DNA of 64,000 bases, taken from the IMG/VR virus record IMGVR_UViG_3300027806_000003, positions 1 through 64,000 of that record. One strand, 5' to 3'. Source of the DNA: a virus. The position numbers and the translations under genes were made by a program. The notes beneath the pieces are model-generated. The model worked only from the letters and a program-made list of their open reading frames with translations. It did not search any database and was not told where the DNA came from. Below, piece after piece: positions 63,771-64,000 of this stretch. Every line of letters starts with the position of its first letter. Positions within the stretch are counted from its first letter, which is position 1.

Positions 63771-64000
63771 CGATCCGCTCCGCGGCCTTTCCCGCGAAGG
63801 CCTCCCATCGGGCGATGATCACGTCGCAGTACAGTGGGTCGAGCTCCATCAGGAACGCGCGGCGTCCGGTCATCTCCGCGGCGATAAGCGTCATCCCGCT
63901 CCCGCCGAAGAGGTCGAGGACGTTCTCGCCCGGGAGCGTGCTGTACTCAATCGCCCGGCGGGCCAGCTCGACGGGCTTCTCCGTGAGGTGGACCATCGCC
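63763..64000 (-). CDS. DNA N6A/N4C methyltransferase, C-terminal part (truncated by window)
   Basis: H.TEKPVEL, VLDLFGGSG.TLIAAE..GR....ELDP.YCDVI. Confidence 0.9.
   Translation of the reverse strand, partial: AMVHLTEKPVELARRAIEYSTLPGENVLDLFGGSGMTLIAAEMTGRRAFLMELDPLYCDVIIARWEAFAGKAAERIDG

Larger units (their letters stand above)
42722..64000. mobile_element. Prophage B, morphogenesis and packaging region (continues beyond window)
   Basis: Second full set of tail, head, portal and terminase genes. Confidence 0.9.

Overview
The whole window is temperate-phage DNA from a high-GC host (Planctomycetota/Phycisphaerae is my inference from gene style, not proven). It opens inside a tRNA-Gly(CCC), exactly at the anticodon loop, and contains two distantly related siphovirus-like genomes. 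Phage A (about 3513-42721, 39.2 kb) looks like a complete circularly permuted genome. It has a lambda-like GpA terminase, portal, S49 protease/scaffold, capsid, tail, primase-helicase, C5 methylase and repressor. Its tyrosine integrase sits next to an apparently unrecombined attP (3' half of tRNA-Asn with arm-like repeats on both sides). Phage B (1-3512 plus 42722->64000) has a fused protease-capsid gene and its own tail, portal, terminase and methylase, and runs off the right edge. The two are joined through an apparently identical 1061-bp direct repeat (3513-4573 = 42722-43782) inside a Cys-rich tail-end gene pair, so A appears nested in B. This is either real homology-driven integration or an assembly join. 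Other highlights: (1) a 61-bp exact antisense copy of the integrase gene inside a late gene; (2) three moron membrane proteins whose N-termini resemble the PilC/GspF N-terminal domain; (3) dense, almost uniformly oriented REP-like elements and 7-8-mer arrays confined to phage A, including an in-frame insertion in TerL; (4) no recognisable endolysin, but a shared large beta-helix-like protein; (5) a terL-before-terS gene order. All product calls are from motif recognition by eye; no searches were run.
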